The translations under genes were made by a program, and so were the position numbers. This document shows positions 39,996 through 52,515 of a stretch of DNA of 64,000 nucleotides, piece after piece. Under the pieces are notes generated by a model that searched no databases, was not told where the DNA came from, and was given only the letters and a program-made list of their open reading frames with translations. Each line of letters opens with the position of its first letter. The first letter of the stretch is position 1. Source of the DNA: Antechinus flavipes (taxonomy: Eukaryota); NCBI RefSeq assembly GCF_016432865.1, contig NC_067402.1, forward strand, positions 215,078,001-215,142,000, written 5' to 3'.

Positions 39996-40739
39996 TATAT
40001 TAAATGATTTACTATTTAGAAGCAAAGATAAACTAGACTGGTTTTTCAGAATTGTAGCTTGGGCAGCTAAAATCAGTTTGATTGCTCCTTTCATTCGTTT
40101 TTCAGGGAAGAGATGAAAAGAAAATCACTATGATGCAGAACTACAGAGACAATAAAAAGGAAGAAGATTCAGGAATCATGCTTAGGTAGCACTAGGGAAA
40201 AGGTGGAGACTCTTTTTTTCAGTCAATGGTCATTTGACTATTTGTAACATCATTCACAGATCATATAAAATTATCATCTTATAGAACTCGAGCAGTGGCA
40301 AGTTGTTGTACCTAGTTTTCAGCTCACCATCGCCTTCAGTTGCCTTAGTAAATGATTTCCATGGGCATTATATGGCCCACTGGCTGGACATTCTGCACCC
40401 CTGTACTAGGGACAGTATCACTAAGATGTTCCAGATGCTCCCTTAGTCACATTGATCTTTGCAGGTTGAATCTACATGGAACCACAGATTTTCCTTCCAT
40501 ATCTTTATTCCCTAAACCACCCTATTATACAGAGATTTTAATACTAATAGATCTGTCCCTTAGAAAATATAGTTATCAAGCATATAAAAATTTTTCTACC
40601 AAGATCACTGCTTGTATGAATTGTCAATTAACATCTAGATCATTAATGTTAATAGAACTGGTAATAATGCAATTCTGGATGACTTGTCAGCTTGGTTGTT
40701 CAGTGTTAGGGAAAAAAAAGGAAGAAATAATATACATTT

Positions 40740-42200
40740 ATTAAGCATCTACCATATGCTAGGCACATAGTGATTAAATGAGAAAGAGGAAATAGTCCCT
40801 GCCCTCAAGGACTATCCATCCTACTTAAGGACAGAAAGATACATATCTAAGTACATATCAGGTATCTACATATCAATAAAAGTTTTAGAAAGAGAACAGT
40901 AACATGAGGGAATTAAGGGAGATATTGGCATTTAAGAAAAATTTTGTTGGAAATAAAGGATTTTAAGATGTCAAGGTGAGGGTGTAAGCATTCCATCAGG
41001 CATGAGGAACAATATGTGCAAAACCATGGAAAGAGAAGATGGAATACAATGTGAAATGTGAATGGATCATAAAGTAGGTGAAGAGTACTAAATAACAATG
41101 TTGAAAAGATAGTTTGAGCCCCATTCTGAAGACTTTTAAGCACTAAGGAAGGTAATTCATATTTGATTGATTCTAAAAGAAATAAGGAATCAATAAAAGA
41201 TATTGCACAGTAGTCTAACAGTGATATCCAAACTTTAGGAATTTGACTTTGGCAACTATATGGAGTTTATATTGGAGAAGAACAAGATGTGAGATGAGGC
41301 AAGTGTACAAGTGCCCTAAAGGGCACAGATGAGAGAAGGGGGTAGGGGAGTGTCTAAACAATTGTGACAGCAGTGAGATTGGCAAATCAGTGCCATATGT
41401 GAATGATTCTTTAAAGGGAGAAATGGCACAACTTAGCCAAGGATAATGGGAAATTTTTTTAACCTGGGCAATTAAAAGATGATGATGAGGTCATTAACAG
41501 AATCAGGAATGTTCAGAAGAGAGATGGTTTGGTGGGAAAAAGAAGAGGAGAAGAAAATAAGTTCTCTTTTGGAGATAATGAGTTTGAGATGATCACTGGA
41601 AATGTCTGCTAGGCAATTGGACTTGAACTCAAAAGGGACACTAATGCTAAATATAGACATGGGAATCATTTGTGTAGAGATGTTCATTAAATCCATGACA
41701 GATGATAAGGTAACCTAGTGTTTATGGAAAAGATAAGGGATACCTGTACTGAACACTAGGGTAGATTTTTATTTACAGGATGTAATACAGGTGATAATTC
41801 AGCAAAGATTAAGAAGGAACAATCAGATTTCTTTAACAAAGGGCAATATCATGAAAACCTAAACAGGAGACTATATACAGAAAAAAAGGCTGGTTAGCAG
41901 TTTCAAATGCTCCAGAGAGATCAAACAGGATATGGATCAAAACAAAACAAACAACAAAAGGCATCATATTGAGCAGTTAAGCCATAATTGGAAACTGGAG
42001 GGATGAACTTCAGATGAATGATAAAGTTGAAAACCAAATTAAAGAGGGTCATAAAGTGAGTGATAATAGAAGAATAGAGGTAACAAGAATGAATAACTTT
42101 TTTTCTAGGACTTTAGTTAAGAAAAAGAAGAGATGTAAAAAGTAATGGTATGGTCTAGTGAAAAAAAATTTAAGAATAGGGTAATGGTGAAAGACAGAAG
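40740..42200 (-). mobile_element. L2 LINE (antisense)
   Basis: tttattaagcatctaccatatgctaggcac...gtccctgccctcaagga...ttttggagataatgagtttgagatg. Confidence 0.7.
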
Positions 42201-42735
42201 GTAGGGAGAGAAAAGAAAGACACAGGGAATGGGAAGAGTGCAGAAAGGGAAGAGGACAAAAAGAAGAGTATGAAATACAATTAAGAGTTCATGTTGATTG
42301 ATTGTTCTCGTTGAGATCTACCTCTTCACAAAAGACTTGAATAAGACAATGGATAATACCAAGCAGATGTGAAAAGTAGAGTTACAAGAGGGCACTCAGC
42401 ATAAATAGGCATTTTCTTGCAGAAATTCTTAGCTGTGAGTGGGAAGGGAGTGATGGTACAAGACTTGAAAAAGAGAAAAGAGGTTTGGAAAAACTTTCCT
42501 GGGGAGTGAGAAAAGGAGGAATAAATAGAGAATAATAGAATGGATGAAATCTATCTGGATCATAGGAATCCCCAAATGTCTTGCTGTGTTTAGAGCATTG
42601 AAGATAGTCTATCACGCCAACATATAATCCAAAATTAATTTTCAGTTGATAATTCTAATTTTCCAAATATAAAAATGATCAAATATAAAAACCTGTAGAG
42701 GTCTAGGCAATTAGGCAAACACAAAAATCATATAT

Positions 42736-42758
42736 ATGTGTGTGTGTGTGTGTGTGTG
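42736..42758. repeat. (TG)n microsatellite
   Basis: Direct reading. Confidence 0.9.
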
Positions 42759-45439
42759 TATTACTCTTTCATAAAAAGCTATGGACACATATAAGTATAT
42801 ATAATTTACAGTTATAAATAATCAATACAAACCTTGGAAACAAGGTTCAGAGGCAACTGATACCAAATGTTTGTAGGTATTTGTCTTAGATAGGCAGAAT
42901 TTTAAAAGATAAAATATTTCCTCTTTTCTCTGATCCATAACCTCTCTGCTGCAAACCTCTCTACTCAAAGTAAAGTTAAAGTTTTGGGAGGGAAGGTGAC
43001 ATGTGCAAATGTACAGCCACATTATTCGTTTATTCTCCTCTTTTTAGTAAGCTTCAGAACAAGAATAGTGTCTTTATTTATGTGTAAACTTTTGTTTAAC
43101 CATAAAGGGATTAGCAACTTCAGTTTAGTCTTTAGTCTTCAAGAATAAGCAAAATATATCAGCACTAAAAATAATATTTCCTATGATAAGCCAGGCAAAT
43201 ATAAAGTTACACAGAAACAAATTGCTTTATATTATAGTATCATTCAAAGAATAGAGTTCAACTTGAAAACATATCACTAAGAAGCTCAGTTTCCTTTAGA
43301 CTTTCTTCTGAAAAGTCAATGGTAAACAAACATGTTTTAAATATACAGTGACATATATTGAAATCAAAATCAAGGTAGAAATTTGGCCTCTATGAGAAAT
43401 GTGTTTCCATAATTCCCAAGGGAGAAAGAATGGCAAGGAATGACAAGTATCATTAGAAAAGAGAATAAAAACTGAGATATACTCACACAAATATACATAT
43501 ATACATATATATATACACACACACATACATAAATGTATATATACACACGTGTGTGTATAACTTATTTTCATACATTTAATCTTTTTTTTAAATCACCCAT
43601 TCAATAGACCTTGGCCCATTAAGTTTATGTGAAAATAATCAGCTTAAAGGAAAATTGAAAAAGCTACTGTTAAGTCTAGAAGCATTAAAAAAGCAGCTCT
43701 CTAAATTATTCCATTTTTAAAAAGAAATACAAATGAAAGAATTTTCCCCCTTTCTCCCACATGCATATTTTGAAATGTTTATTGTGCAGAAGCCCAAGTG
43801 ATTTTGTTATGTTGAGAAGGCTATTTCAAAAACACTCATGAATAGCCTCTAGCTTTGAGTTAAGTAGTATTAGAATGAATAGCAGAGTTATCTTTAAATA
43901 GCAAAGGTTATGCTGCCTTTGAAGTGTTTTATCTAGTCCCTCTGACATCTTAGGTTTGATTTAAGGAGCAACTCTAAGTAATATTCTGGGTACTCTAGAA
44001 ATACATATACATATATATATATATACCTTTTTTTTGTATGATACAGAGTCATGAGCCAGGCTTACAGTTCATTACTCCGGTGTCATTTCATTACAACTGA
44101 TTTTTCTTTATCTGAAAACACCAAATTAGTTCTACGTAGATGTTTCACATATATTTTAAACTAAATGTGAAATATTCCCTCAAGCCCAAGAGGCATTTGG
44201 AAAGTTGATGATAACTGGTGCATGTTCAAGGACGCTCTAAATGAGGTTATTAAAATTCAACACTTCACATAGTCTGATTGGGGGGAAAAAAGTTTGTCCC
44301 TGACAACAAGGAACAGGGGATTCAGGAAAGTTCAAAAAAGTTTATTAGATTTTTTTGCACTGTGTTTGAGGGTGACAGAAACATGCCACATGAAGGAAGG
44401 TGGCCACACATTATAACAAAACAATTTCTGTATTCCAGTTCTTGTGCAAAAGCAAAGCGAGCATCTATCTGTTATTTGGTTCATATGAATTTAATAAGGG
44501 TAGAAACCATCTTTTGTCTCTTTTTGTCTTCCCAGTACTAGCACAATGACTTATGTAGTAGGTGCTTAACAAATGTTTGCTGATAGATTTCCATGGCCCC
44601 TATCATTCCATCTTACCAGCAATATCATTGAAAGTTTCACTCTGAAGTTCCAGTATTTTTTTATTTTATTGAAAAGAATCTTCTCCAGATTTATTTGAGA
44701 ACACACACACTATTTGCCTGTAGATCACTCTTAAACTTTCACATGAACCATGATTGTGAACCACAATGCTTGATCCACTTGTAGGATAAACAGAAGTCAA
44801 AGGAACTCTCATTTGTTTATGCAACTTTTTCCTATTTTTTCCTCTTTTCCATCTAAGTCAATTATATTCTTTTCTTTGAATTCTCCTAATAATAATTCTT
44901 TCCCCTCTCATTAAGTGAGGACCTTCACATAAATCTTTTTACTTTGCAGCTTTATCCTTTCATCCTTCCTCTTCTTCAACTTCATTTTTAGGTCTTAGTG
45001 ACTAAGGAACTTTTATTGTTCCACATTTGGACTGCAGTAAGAGAGCTCTGTCTTAATCATTAATCATATTCCACTGGGTGTGGAATACCAATAAATGGAA
45101 AATTATAATCATTAGACACTGCCTAACTACGTGGTACATGTTTGCTTTTGGGAAATCCCCGATGGCCATAATTTCAGGACTGTAAGTCATAAGTTCAGGT
45201 TAAATCTTCTAAAAATTAAAGTCCCATGTTGTAGCTAACCTTTTCCATAATAAAAGTTCTAATCTGAACAAAAGGAAATCAAATCAGAGCATAAGATTTC
45301 ATTTAATAATGAAAACTGTGTAATAATGTTAATGACAAAAAGAAAACTTATCATATAGAAAATATAATGAAGTGCATGTGAAAAGTAATGACCTATAGAA
45401 TTTAATGGCTACTAGTCCTTAAAATTGTGCATGCTAAAT

Positions 45440-45652
45440 GCTTGCTTTGTTGAATACCTTAGCTTAAAAAGACCAAGGTCTCCAGGGCCATCTGCAGTTG
45501 TCCCGATCTCTATCTGGTCACTGGACCCAGAGGGCTCTGTAGGGGAAAGTAAGGCAGATGACCTTGCCCAGCCCACCCTCACTTAATTGAATTCACTTGC
45601 ATGCCACCTTACTGATGTCATGGTCCAATTTGAGAACGAAGGACAAACAACA
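45440..45652 (+). mobile_element. RTE-associated marsupial SINE (RTESINE/WALLSI-like), 5'-truncated
   Basis: Ends gagaacgaaggacaaacaaca. 11-bp TSD GCATGCTAAAT at 45429-45439 and 45653-45663. Confidence 0.8.
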
Positions 45653-45769
45653 GCATGCTAAATTAACAAAACCTTCAAAATGACAAAAATATTGTTTTAA
45701 TCCAGGTTGAAATTTCATCTATGTTATGATAATTCCTTGTACTAGTGTGGATCAGCAACTCAACTTTAA

Positions 45770-46150
45770 CTTAGCGAAACAAAGAGCTTTCTGGGACACA
45801 GAGATTAATTTTCTTGTCCCAGGTTACATAGCTATTATGTCCAGGGGCAGGATTTGAACACAGTCCTTTCTGACTCCAAAATCAACTATCATATGCTGTC
45901 TCAAATAAAGAACAAAATAGCTAGGTGGTATGGGTAGAATGCCATACCTGTCGTTGCAAAGATAGTTCACATACAACCTTCAACACTTAATAGGTATGAG
46001 AGCTATGTCATCATTTAACCTCTAACTGCCTTGGTTTCCTCAATTGAAAAATGAGATTAATAATAGTACCTTCCTGGCAAAGTATTTGTGAGGATAAAAT
46101 GAGATAATATTTGTTAAGTATATTATAAACTTCAAATGCTAAATAATACT
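45770..46150. mobile_element. Two MIR-family fragments (minus, then plus)
   Basis: gtcccaggttacatagct...ttctgactccaa; ctaggtggtatgggtagaatgcc...gtttcctcaattgaaaaatgag. Confidence 0.55.
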
Positions 46151-46599
46151 TATTATTATTATTATTGATTACTGATTATTTCAAAGAGCTAATTCAATCT
46201 TGGTCAAAAATAAATTCTGAGTTCATGCTATATAACTTGGCTGGGGTTTGAAGATACTACTTTGGGTTAACACTCTACTATCTAGTCCTCCCTTCTTATC
46301 CTTTCATCAGCATGGATAACAATTTGTGAGTTTATACTATTTTAACATACAGATATAGCACAAGCCATTATTGCTGGCAGGGCTTGTGCTTGAGTTGTTT
46401 TTTTAATTGTTATAATAAATAACACTGTGTTATCGTAGTTCTCAACCAATCTTTGCAAGATTCATACATTTGCATGATGTCTAGAAATGGTTGAATGTGT
46501 AGCACATAGGAAAATAGCATAAGCCCATGTGAGAAGTGAATACAAGACTTTGTCTTCCACTAACATATTGATCTGAATTAGATCCTCCCTATGTCTCCC

Positions 46600-46684
46600 T
46601 AAGTGAGGGAGGGCTGGGCAAGGTCATCTGCCTTACTTTTTCCTCCAGAGCCATCTGGGTCCAGTGACCAGATAGAGATCAGGA
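46600..46684 (-). repeat. 85-bp inverted copy of 45501-45585
   Basis: 79/85 identity by manual alignment; lacks the SINE 3' tail. Confidence 0.9.
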
Positions 46685-49600
46685 TTTGTAGTGGATTTAA
46701 GAAGAAATCAAGGATATGAAGTCTCTCATAATTTACTTTGCTAATGCCAGTACTTCTAAGGAGACAAGAAGAGGGTTCCAATGTACACCATCAGGTTCCT
46801 TCCATAATCTCCCAAGTATACTGCTATCAAAATGACTGAAAATATACTGTACATATTTGTTCCCACCAAGTATCTTAGGACATTTAATTGAAAATTCTAA
46901 GTGTTTGGTAATGTGAATGACACCATTTAGCTCCCTTTTCTATCTTAGTATTTTGTATTTTAGTATTAGTATTTAGTGTTCAATATTTTATTATTCAAAA
47001 CATATAAGATAAATAACACAAATATGGAAATTATCATTTATAATTCCTTAAGACAGAATTTGCAAATAAAGGCCTTTTTATACTGTTTACAAACTACACC
47101 AAAATTTTTTGGACAGACACACTCATACATGTGTATGCATGTATATATACATGTATGCATCCCTGCATGTTCATATGAACACATTCACATACATAATAAT
47201 AGTGATATTTTATGCTTTAATAGAATAAATTTGACAACTGAGATGCCATGTATATATGTACATGTTATATAATATATGCTTATTGAAATTCTCTTAGTAA
47301 GACCAGAATTCAGGTCACATCTTGCCCAAATATACACACGCACATCCAAACACACATGCTTATTAAAAAGATTGCCTAATATATTAAAGTAGGCATTTAA
47401 AAAGCTAAAATATGGCATAAGAAAAGCCTGAAATCTGCTTAAGAGTTACATAAGATTAGGTTATTATTTTTTTTCTAAGAAGGCAACATTATGCAAAATA
47501 CTTCAGTCATGACCACTTTTCTATATCTAGAATATAAGGTCACATTATGATATGAAAATAATACACACAATGAATACTAAAGCATGTGCTTTTCACACTG
47601 ACCTCCTGCGCCTATAACATCCTGTTCCTTGGCCTCCAGGAAAATAAGTTAGGTGGTCTCATGCTCAGTCCCCTGTGTGGAAGAGCCCATCACAAAACCA
47701 TCTCCCTTAATTTAGCACAATTGGCAGGCACTACTCAAGAGAGGCAGAAGAATGGGTTACCATGGAGACTAAGCTACCTCTCATCTCCAGAGAGGCTGAT
47801 TTTTCCAAGTCAGAACAGAGATCCTGCTGAACAACATGAGGAATTCACACTGCCCTTGGCAGCCTGATACCTATACTCAATAATTACATAGCAGTCCATT
47901 TCCAGAGCAAACAATCCCATCAATTAACAACAAACATTAAAGCAAAAGATAATGCCATGTACTTGCTCTTGCTGTCTGTCCCAACAAAATGCAAGAACTT
48001 GAAATCTGCTAAAAAAAAAAAAAAAATTTCCACCTCTGCTTAGTGTTTTATTAATGGGGTGATCACCGTGCTTGACCTATTTGCTGAAATTAACCAGAAC
48101 TCCAGGAGACCATATGGATTGCCAGATGGTCTGCTATAATTTAATGGCATTATTCTAACTATGAAGTAAGTGATAAACATAATTTGCATTCTTTTCTGTC
48201 CTTACTAAGGGTTTTTATTAGATACATTTTTATTCATACAGTAGAAGGTGATACCTTGCTACTGAAACACAGATGCCAGCTAATTACAGTGAGGGGCTCT
48301 ACCCCTGTAAGCATAGGCCAGGACTTTGCATATACCTCCATCTTACCCGGTGACCTCGCCACAGTGATTAATAAGTGGAATGCTAAGCCCTAATGAGCAT
48401 GTCAGATCTTAGCTGTTCTTCAGGTTAACTTAATTAGCATTATGATGAAGAGAAGCTTTCAGTTACTTGTTAGATAGACTCATTACCCTTCATAGAACTC
48501 TATGCCTTCTCACCTTGGCGGCTTCAGGCTTATTTCAGCCTCAAAAATATGAAATGTTGCTATCAATGGAAGTCTTTCAGATAGTAAGAGAATAAAGTAC
48601 TCATTCTACAATCAATCAAAATGTGCTTCATTCATAACCACTGCTCAGTTTTTAAAGCTATCTGAAACCATTATGGCACAGCATCAGAGATGCAATACTG
48701 GCATTGAGTAACAAGTCTAACGTCCGTATATTAGACTGAGCATTTTATAACAGGCTTATTATTGAATATAGTTATTATGTTTCAGGGAAAGTTATTTGAC
48801 TGGAACCATGTCCAAAGTCACAAAATTACATGTATCCTATTCAAGTTTTACTAAATTTCTCTAGAGTTTAGTCAATTATGGTGGTTTATGAAACATCAAT
48901 ATTTCAGGAGTCATTACCCCATATCATAGTTGAGTAAACCAGAATAAAAAGAAAATTCTGTTCTTGTTTAATATTTGGGTTGAGAGAGAGCTGGTAATGT
49001 CCCAAGTCTGGATGTCATTGTTCAGTAATATTAAAAGAACTGCTATGTAACAAATTAATTTACTCTCTGGTAAACCTTCACTTCACATCTAAGATACAAA
49101 TATTCATCTTCTCATCATTTTAGATCTCCAAAGTCTGAAATTCGGTCAACACACTTAAATCTTCACACAGGTTTCCCTGTACTTAAATGGAGCAGACCAA
49201 ACATCACTGTGATGCAAGTGATAGAAGCGGTACTTATTAACATCTAAAGTTCATGGCTTTGTCACTGTGTGATGGTATGGAATAATAGCTACATATTTAA
49301 GACCCAGCTTTTAAATTAAAATCTCCAGCTGCAAGAGATTAAGCATTTATTTCACCAAAAGGTGTATATTGAACTAAACTACCATATTCTTGGAAAATTC
49401 TGACATGAAGGTCTCTGATATTGAAAAACTATGGCAAAAACTATGAAAGTTAAAATTAGCATGTGATTAATTATATATTCATATCTTGTATGTTCAGCAG
49501 TATTTTGATATGTTTTGATAAGTTTTATGTGCATCTACATATGGCATACTCAGCCTAGCCTATCTCATGGTAGAAGTTATGAAAGAAAAGCATAATTACC

Positions 49601-50514
49601 CCATTATAATATTGAGACAAATAATTACAGTGATTGGGGATATCCAGAGTTTTTCCATTTGTCTAAAGTCCTGATTTTATTTAAAATAGTTCGGTCTCTG
49701 GAAGGACATTCAGGATAGGATAATATCCTTCAGGAAGGATAATCAGAATAGTCTAACTTTTTTTGTTCAGACCCTATCCAAATGGAATAGCCATTGTATT
49801 TTGCTCAGGTTTGGGTTGGCCATTATTGTCTTTGAATACATTGTCCAAGGCTAGATGGTCTTGGTGCAGAGAATTACATGATGTCACTCTCAGTTCCTCA
49901 CTGAACACCTATTCTTCAAAGGATATATAAATTGTGAACAGCTACCATAATTGTCTTTGGTCTAAGACAGATGGACAAGTGATCATCCTTGATTAATAAT
50001 GTGCTGGCCTTACCAATAAAATGATTAAATTATCAAGAAACTTTATCTCTCGAACCTTTTTAATTGTTACAATTTGACAAAGATATTCCTGGGCACTGGG
50101 GATAGACTGCCAGGCCTGAGTTCAAATATAGCTTCAGACAACAGCATTATATAAGCTGTAGAAAAAGTCCTCTACTTGACAATTAATGTTCTTCACAACC
50201 TGACCCTTACTGCCTCTCACTTTTCTTACACTACTATTTTTCTTCATACTTTATGTTTCAACTTATTACACTGCCCTACTAATACTTTTATCTCCTAGCC
50301 TATCCAGTGCAGGTCCTCCTTGACTAGAATTCTCTCTCCTACTCCTTATTCTTTCTGATTTCCTTCAATATAGAGAGTATATGAGAGTAAAAGCCTGCAT
50401 AATGTAATAAAATTAGCAAATCTGTATCTTCATGCCAGCTTTGTTACCAGCTACTCACCTACAATTTGGTAATAGAAATTTTAATTTCTATTCTGTTCAA
50501 TAAGTCCTAGTTCA

Positions 50515-50765
50515 AGGTAGCTAGGAAGGTCAGTAAATAGACTGATAATATAGGAATCAGATCTAAGTTCAAATCCAGCCTCAGATATTAATTTGCAATG
50601 TTATATTGTGCAAATAACTTACTTTTGCTTGCTTTAGTCTTTAAAAATGCAGATAAACAATAGCACCTACCTCCTAGGGTTACTGTGAAGATTAAATTAG
50701 ACAATTATAACGTATATAGCATAGCATCAGAAATATAGTAAGCACTATTAATATCATTATTATTA
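50515..50765 (+). mobile_element. MIR
   Basis: ctaagttcaaatccagcctcagata...cacctacctcctagggttactgtgaag. Confidence 0.6.
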
Positions 50766-50825
50766 GGATAAATGAACTCTAATTCTGAAATTAAGTGATC
50801 TTATATCAGTCTATATAAAATAATT

Positions 50826-50970
50826 AAGTTGCACAGTGAATAGAGCAGTGAATAGAGGACTTATAGAATAAGCCCTATTGTTAGGAGGACTTAGTTTAAA
50901 TCTGACTCAGATACTTGACATTTACTAGCTGTTTGACCCTGGGCATGTCACTTAACCCTGATTGCCTCAA
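50826..50970 (+). mobile_element. WSINE1-type CORE-SINE (diverged)
   Basis: gcacagtgaatagag...tgaccctgggcatgtcacttaaccctgattgcctca. Confidence 0.7.
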
Positions 50971-51519
50971 CAACACATATATGTATATATACAGTTACAT
51001 ATATATTCACATCTATGCATATATAGATGTATATTTGCCTACATTCTTTAACATTTTTGAAGATATTTTGGTTTCACGGGAAAACGGTCATTAAGAGAAA
51101 CCAATATGATAATGCCTTAATGCTCAGTGTTGTGTTTTTCTGACATATGATCAGTGAAATGTATCAATACATACATACATATATATGTGTGTGCATATAT
51201 ATGTATATATATACATATATATGTACACACACATGCACATATGTATATCAGAAAATGTACTCATTTTATGGAACAGAACATAGAAATATGGTTTATAGTC
51301 TCCAATTCTGGAAAAGGAGACCTTATAGAATTAGATTTTCAGGGACAACTAATGCACAAAATGGACACAATCACACACACACATAAAAAACCAAAACGGG
51401 GCCTATAACACTCCAATTTTATCACTCCTCACAAAGAACTCTGTATGCATGATAAGTTGATTATAATCTATTAATTATCCCCCCTTCCCAAACAACTACT
51501 TTTCAGGCTAGAGTTCCTT

Positions 51520-51536
51520 AATATATATATAATATA

Positions 51537-51574
<38 letters not shown>
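51520..51574. repeat. (TA)n / (ATATA)n microsatellite
   Basis: Direct reading. Confidence 0.9.
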
Positions 51575-51576
<2 letters not shown>

Positions 51577-51597
51577 GAGATTTCAAAGTTAAAATAA

Positions 51598-52110
51598 AGT
51601 TTTGTTGTTGAAGCATTCAGTCATGTCTGACTCTTTATACCTGTGAACCAACTGTCTATGCATAGGATTTTCTTGGCAAAGATACTAAAGTAGTTTACCA
51701 TTTTTTTTCAAGTTTTATTCAGGCAAAAATTAAATGACTTGTCTGAAGTGACAGCTAATAATCATCTGAGGTCAGAATTGAAATTTAGTCTTTTTAATTT
51801 CAGGTCCAGTGCTCTATCCATTGCACTGCTCATCTGTACTAAATAATATTTGTTCTTGTCAACAATTTCACTTGTTTCAGTCATGTCTGAGTCTTCATGA
51901 CACAATTTTGGGGTTTTTCTTGGCAAAAAATACTAGAGTGGTTTGCCATTTTCTTCTCCAGCTCATTTTACAAATAAGGAAATTGAGACAAATATAGTGA
52001 AATGATTTGCCCACCAGGATCACACAGCTAGTAAGTGTGTAAGGACAAATTCAAAATCAGGTCATCAGAACTCCAGGCTTGACACTCCACCTACTGTGGT
52101 ACTTAATGAC
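51598..52110 (-). mobile_element. Two tandem MAR1-type SINEs immediately downstream of the coding exon
   Basis: Two cagtcatgtctga...ttcttggcaaa(a/g)atacta..gt(a/g)gttt(a/g)ccattt units, at 51598-51840 and 51855-52110. Confidence 0.75.
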
Positions 52111-52251
52111 ATTTAGTTCTAATCAAATTTGTTTTTAAGAGAACATAGAATACAACAAATCAGTTTAAGACAATTAGACTTTCAAAGGAATACAGTATAA
52201 AACGGATATTACCAATTGAATAAGAAGGCTATTTGTTCCAAAAAATCTTAC

Positions 52252-52468
52252 CTCCTCCATACATAACAGCAAGCATAATGGATGATATCCATGCTATTTC
52301 ACTGTAGGAAGAGTGGAATATCTCTTGAATTTCCTTGAAGAACACTGTGATGGCTTTAGGAAATGCATAGGAAAATCCAATGGAAATGAAAGCTCCAAGC
52401 ACCACAATCCAGCCCCATCCTCCATCTGGGGGTGGATACTGAGGGGGACCACTTGCTGCTGGTGGCAT
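52252..52468 (-). CDS. SLC16A7: Monocarboxylate transporter 2 (MCT2), first coding exon (72 codons + 1 nt)
   Basis: Translates [72 protein letters not shown], with the SLC16 PPDGGWGW motif. WIVV, EIQ and YSEIAW are MCT2-type. The ATG has A at -3. Donor GAG|GTAAG after 217 coding nt, the exon length I recall for SLC16A1/A7. Confidence 0.93.
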
Positions 52469-52515
52469 TTTGGTGTCCTTTGCTATGATTCAAATAGCTG
52501 GAAAACAATATCAAT
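52469..52515 (-). promoter_or_regulatory. SLC16A7: 29-nt 5'-UTR part of the coding exon (52497-52469) and its splice acceptor
   Basis: Minus strand reads tattgttttccAG|ctatttgaatcatagcaaaggacaccaaaATG, with the AG at 52499-52498. This implies non-coding upstream exon(s). Confidence 0.8.

Larger units (their letters stand above)
1..52251 (-). other. SLC16A7: Intron following the first coding exon (>52 kb; next exon not in window)
   Basis: Begins GTAAG at 52251. I found no sequence encoding the expected next exon (GP.SS.LVNKYG...) downstream by eye. Confidence 0.7.

Noticed and set aside
48714-48740. AGTCTAA/TTAGACT hairpin followed by CTGA (snoRNA or miRNA?)
   Set aside because: Only a 7-bp stem, no C box, too short for a pre-miRNA.
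1-52251. Second coding exon of SLC16A7
   Set aside because: No GP.SS.LVNKYG-encoding segment found by eye; probably beyond the left edge. A TBLASTN with MCT2 would settle this.
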